IMG/VR virus record: IMGVR_UViG_3300017761_005120
Span: 1 to 39,097 of that record
Source of the DNA: a virus
Lineage: Duplodnaviria > Caudoviricetes
Strand: one strand, 5' to 3'
DNA length: 39,097 bases
Under the pieces are notes generated by a model. It did not search any database, had not been told where the DNA came from, and saw nothing but the letters and a program-made list of their open reading frames with translations. A program made the position numbers and the translations under genes. Shown piece after piece: positions 36,061-39,097 of the stretch. The first letter of the stretch is position 1. Each line of letters opens with the position of its first letter.

Positions 36061-36801
36061 ATGAAACTACTGTTACAAAAAAATATATGGGATGAATATG
36101 GATATGAGAGATTTATCCAGAGTATAAGGGATGCCGATGTTGATTATGAAATAGTTAACATGATTCCTTTTACAGAAGACTTTGAAGAGGAAATAAATTT
36201 TGTTCCAAGTCATGTATTTGGTTCAACCAGATTCACTAATGTTGCAAGAAAAAAAGGTTTGAATGTGTTTCCAACCTTTAAACCAAATGCATTTGAAATG
36301 TTTCCAAAAGAACTGTGGATAAATTCAAACTGTGAAATTAAAAGATTTGGAGAACTAGATATTAAGAGTCCGGTTTTCTTAAAACCTTTTACTGATAAAT
36401 TCTTCACAGGAGTTGTGGTTGAAAATAATGGTGATTTGGAAAAAATCCAACTCTCAACCTCTTTTGTAGAAGATGAGAGGGAAGAATTGGTGAGTGTATC
36501 ACAAGTGGTTAACATAGAACAAGAGGTGAGATTTTTCATTATGGGAGGTACTGTAGTAACAGGATCAGGCTATAAAGACAAGGGGGTTGGTTATCACTTT
36601 GCAATTGATACTAGCCATCCTGCACACATTGAGTGTAAAAAGATACTAGAGACTGGAGAAGACCTTTGCAGTGGCTTTGTAATGGATTTAGGACTAGTGG
36701 GAGATGAGTGGAAGATAGTTGAACTCAACAATCTCAACTCATCAGGATTTTACAAGTGTAATACTGATGCAATAGTTAATGCATTAAAGTACCTTGAATA
36801 A
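36061..36801 (+). CDS. ATP-grasp protein (R2K clade, DUF4343-like)
   Basis: FLKP..DKFFTG, EVRFFI, FVMDLG, WKIVELNNLNSSGFY. Confidence 0.85.
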   Translation: MKLLLQKNIWDEYGYERFIQSIRDADVDYEIVNMIPFTEDFEEEINFVPSHVFGSTRFTNVARKKGLNVFPTFKPNAFEMFPKELWINSNCEIKRFGELDIKSPVFLKPFTDKFFTGVVVENNGDLEKIQLSTSFVEDEREELVSVSQVVNIEQEVRFFIMGGTVVTGSGYKDKGVGYHFAIDTSHPAHIECKKILETGEDLCSGFVMDLGLVGDEWKIVELNNLNSSGFYKCNTDAIVNALKYLE

Positions 36802-36804
36802 AGT

Positions 36805-36832
36805 TTGACACATCACTAGAGTGTGATATTGT
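36805..36832 (+). promoter_or_regulatory. Sigma70-like promoter
   Basis: TTGACA-N16-TATTGT. Confidence 0.55.
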
Positions 36833-36858
36833 ACTAGGTGTAAAATAGAAAGAATAAA

Positions 36859-37473
36859 ATGACCCAAAAGCAAGAAATCTTAAAACTAAATGCAAACTAC
36901 TATCCTGTTGGAGTAAGCAACTGGAAAAGTGTTATGGTGGATATTGTTACTGGAGCAGCATTTCCTGTTGATGTTAACTATGAAGAAGATGAAAGGGGCA
37001 TTGTTAACAGAGATAAGATTGCATGGATTGATGTTGTAAGGTCTTTTGAAGACTGGAGAAAGCTTCCTATCAGAGATGGTGATGAATTTGTCAGCACTCC
37101 CAATGCAGTTTTTCGTCTTCCTCCTATTATAATCTGTGCAAAGTTTAACAAGATTATTCATAAGAGAGTTATCTTTCCAACTAAAACCAATATTTGGCAA
37201 CGTGATAATTACACCTGTCAATACACTGGAAAGAAGTTGACAAAGGATGAATTGACTGTTGACCATGTGCTTCCATCAAGCAGAGGTGGAGAAAATTCTT
37301 GGGAAAACTTGGTTACTTGTGATAAAGCCTTGAACATTTGGAAGAGTGATAGAACTCCAAAAGAATGTAATTTGAAGCTTTTGAACAAGCCAGTGAAACC
37401 AAAAAATGGAATGGTTTTTTCTTTCCTAAGAGAAGAATGGAAAATGTTTGTTGATGGTGGAAACTTCAATTAA
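36859..37473 (+). CDS. McrA-like HNH endonuclease
   Basis: LNANY.P, RDNYTCQYTG, TVDHVLPSSRGG..SWENLVTC...N..K. Confidence 0.9.
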   Translation: MTQKQEILKLNANYYPVGVSNWKSVMVDIVTGAAFPVDVNYEEDERGIVNRDKIAWIDVVRSFEDWRKLPIRDGDEFVSTPNAVFRLPPIIICAKFNKIIHKRVIFPTKTNIWQRDNYTCQYTGKKLTKDELTVDHVLPSSRGGENSWENLVTCDKALNIWKSDRTPKECNLKLLNKPVKPKNGMVFSFLREEWKMFVDGGNFN

Positions 37474-37478
37474 AGTTT

Positions 37479-37550
37479 TTGGAGATAGTTTAAAAGGAAA
37501 ACTTAGCCCTGTAGTGGGCTAAATGCAATCATCAGATATTGCTCTCCAAT
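37479..37550 (+). ncRNA. Cloverleaf RNA with perfect stems and non-tRNA loops
   Basis: TTGGAGA/TCTCCAA; GTTT/AAAC; TTAGCCC/GGGCTAA; GCAAT-CATCAGAT-ATTGC. Confidence 0.6.
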
Positions 37551-37557
37551 TAATTAT

Positions 37558-37631
37558 GCGGTGTTAGTTTAGTGGTAAAACTTGACCTTGCCAAGGTTAA
37601 GACAAGGGTTCAATTCCCTTACACCGCACCA
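37558..37631 (+). tRNA. tRNA-Gly(GCC)
   Basis: GCGGTGT/ACACCGC; TTGCCAA loop; ACCA. Confidence 0.9.
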
Positions 37632-37664
37632 CTAATAATTCATATATAAAAAATAAATATATGT

Positions 37665-38033
37665 ATGAGTTCTTTTACAAATGCCCTTATAGTTAAAAAA
37701 CTTCGAAAACGTGAGTGGGAAGTTGTGGAAAGCTTCTCCTATGATGTTGGAGAGTTGGGCAGTGGTGAAACAATCACTGTTCCTGCTGGGTTTGTGAGTG
37801 ATTTGGCTAGTATTCCTAGACCTTTTTGGACAGTGTTTCCACCAGACTCAGACTATACCCAAGCTGCTGTTTTGCATGATTGGTTGTGTAAGAAAAGGGG
37901 AAAGGTTGAAAAGGTGTATGACTATAAAAAGGTATCCCTTATATTCTTAGAGAGTATGAAAGTGTTAGGAGTTTCACTTTTAACTAGACAAGCTATGTAC
38001 TATGGAGTATTGTGGTTTGGCCCAAGATTCTAA
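37665..38033 (+). CDS. DUF1353-family protein
   Basis: ITVPAGFVSDLASIPR, AAVLHDWL. Confidence 0.85.
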   Translation: MSSFTNALIVKKLRKREWEVVESFSYDVGELGSGETITVPAGFVSDLASIPRPFWTVFPPDSDYTQAAVLHDWLCKKRGKVEKVYDYKKVSLIFLESMKVLGVSLLTRQAMYYGVLWFGPRF

Positions 38034-38044
38034 AACGAGTTACC

Positions 38045-38275
38045 ATGACAAAACTAACACTAGAAGAATTTAAAAAAAGGTTTCCAAATGGTGGAAAGTG
38101 TAGTGTTACATACGGAAATGGTAAAAATAAGAAAATTGTTGATTATGATAATTTTAATCACATAAATTGGAACAATGTTACTAAAATAACATTAAAAACA
38201 AACCCAAAAGTTGTGTGGTGTGAAAAGGCTAGTGAAAATGTTACAAGAGATGGAAAGGCATTTAAAATAGTTTAA
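38045..38275 (+). CDS. Small hypothetical protein
   Basis: 76 aa ORF, non-overlapping start. Confidence 0.55.
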   Translation: MTKLTLEEFKKRFPNGGKCSVTYGNGKNKKIVDYDNFNHINWNNVTKITLKTNPKVVWCEKASENVTRDGKAFKIV

Positions 38276-38282
38276 AAATACA

Positions 38283-38428
38283 AGATGTGTTACAGCAAAT
38301 TAACTGCGATGTAAAACTGGCGTTGGAAACAGCATGTGGTGTTCGAATCCCACCATGGGGACTTAGTTAGAGAATAAAACCCCGTGTAGCCGAATGGTAT
38401 AGGCACCAGAGCAAAAAAATCACATCTG
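38283..38428 (+). ncRNA. YrlA/Y-RNA-like circularly permuted tRNA mimic
   Basis: Closing stem AGATGTG/CACATCT encloses a tRNA 3' half (38317-38361) placed before its 5' half (38380-38410). Confidence 0.75.
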
Positions 38429-38438
38429 AGATAAAAAT

Positions 38439-38514
38439 AGCCCTTTAGTGTAATTGGATAACACACAACACTTTGACTGTTGTATTTCAGGTTCGAATCC
38501 TGGAGGGGCTACCA
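38439..38514 (+). tRNA. tRNA-Gln(TTG), second copy
   Basis: CAACA-CTTTGAC-TGTTG; ACCA. Confidence 0.9.
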
Positions 38515-38559
38515 AAAAACAAGTTGCAAAGGTTTGTAGCTTGTGTTATATTTCAACCT

Positions 38560-38787
38560 ATGAATATCGAAACTAAGAAGAAAGCAATCAGATCAAAAAT
38601 GAAAGTTCGTGGAAGTGGTTCCAGTGAGCAAGTTTTTCACAATTCAGTGTGGAAAAGTATGGATGATGTAATTTCAGACAATTCCATCTCTATATCATCA
38701 GATTATTCATCAAGCAGTTCATCCTATGATAGTGGTTCATCATCCTATGATAGTGGTGGTTGTGACTGTGGTGGTGGTTGTGATTAA
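38560..38787 (+). CDS. Small protein with Ser/Gly/Asp-rich tail
   Basis: Follows TTGCAA-N17-TATATT; SSSYDSG twice, GGCD twice. Confidence 0.65.
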   Translation: MNIETKKKAIRSKMKVRGSGSSEQVFHNSVWKSMDDVISDNSISISSDYSSSSSSYDSGSSSYDSGGCDCGGGCD

Positions 38788-38799
38788 GAGAAAGTATAA

Positions 38800-38892
38800 G
38801 GGCGGGTGCTAGAGCGGATTAATAGGATAATCTTGAAAATTATTGAGTGCCCTAAAAAGCCTCCGTGGGTTCGAATCCCACTCCGTCCTCCA
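38800..38892 (+). tRNA. tRNA-Ser(TGA) with G3:U70 and U73
   Basis: ATAAT-CTTGAAA-ATTAT; long V arm; GGGCGGG/TCCGTCC-TCCA. Confidence 0.85.
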
Positions 38893-38903
38893 AAATAGAA
38901 AAA

Positions 38904-38978
38904 GTTCCATAAGTGTTAATGGCTGGCACAGAATCTTGGTATGATTCAAGAATCAGTTCGAATCTGATATGGAACTCC
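38904..38978 (+). tRNA. tRNA-Thr(GGT)
   Basis: GAATC-TTGGTAT-GATTC; GTTCCAT/ATGGAAC. Confidence 0.85.
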
Positions 38979-39032
38979 GAAATACAAAAAAAGAGTTGAT
39001 TACCAAACTATAATAGAGTATACTATCTCACT

Positions 39033-39097
39033 ATGATAACATTAGCAAAAGCATTAAAGGTAAAAAATCGTTTAGCAGGTAAGTTGAAAGATTTACA
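39033..39097 (+). CDS. Start of a CDS running off the window
   Basis: TTGATT-N17-TATACT then MITLAKALKVKNRLAG... Confidence 0.6.
   Translation, partial: MITLAKALKVKNRLAGKLKDL

Noticed and set aside
560-37469. Many short alternative-frame and antisense ORFs in the supplied track (e.g. 1748-2023, 3435-3914, 6058-6396, 25506-25880, 28368-28598, 30314-30586)
   Set aside because: They lie within longer motif-bearing genes or tRNAs and have no promoters or recognisable motifs
28672-38559. Long 5' extensions of ORFs at 28672, 29938, 31104, 33423 and 38473
   Set aside because: They run through tRNA or tRNA-like genes; downstream ATGs are more plausible
38700-38785. Short tandem duplications (TCATCCTATGATAGTGGT twice, GGTGGTTGTGA twice)
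   Set aside because: Explained by the Ser/Gly-rich protein tail
1-39097. Stop-codon reassignment
   Set aside because: Genes are long and densely packed in the standard code, TAA, TAG and TGA all end genes, and no CTA/TCA/TTA suppressor anticodon was found
1-39097. CRISPR array, rRNA, integrase or transposase
   Set aside because: No regularly spaced repeats or corresponding motifs seen; recurring GGTTCGAATCC strings are tRNA T arms

Overview
AT-rich segment of a large T4-like (jumbo) phage genome in the standard genetic code. Left part (1-17 kb): mixed early and late accessory genes. These include metallophosphoesterases, a DNA methyltransferase, a 2OG-Fe(II) oxygenase, two vWA proteins, a lysozyme, a probable ADP-ribosyltransferase, two 2H phosphoesterases, PhoH and a gp4-like head-completion nuclease. 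Middle (16.6-27.3 kb): an APS-kinase/sulfotransferase/glycosyltransferase module next to minus-strand virion structural genes. Right part (27.6-39 kb): a + strand array of about 27 tRNAs interspersed with small ORFs, two HNH genes, a T4 Bgt-like glycosyltransferase and an ATP-grasp protein. The most striking observations are: (i) six non-canonical tRNA-like RNAs in the array, including an Arg(ACG) RNA whose D-loop segment lies after the anticodon arm, a D-stem-less RNA with full alanine identity, and a circularly permuted YrlA/Y-RNA-like tRNA mimic; (ii) a Tat-like peptide fused to an isolated copy of the capsid Gol segment; (iii) a leader-peptide/alternative-hairpin region heading the array; (iv) eight late proteins sharing a capsid-targeting-like N-terminus, one an Acb1-like enzyme and one sitting in a cassette flanked by 71-bp direct repeats. 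All calls come from manual motif reading and hand-folding; no searches were run.
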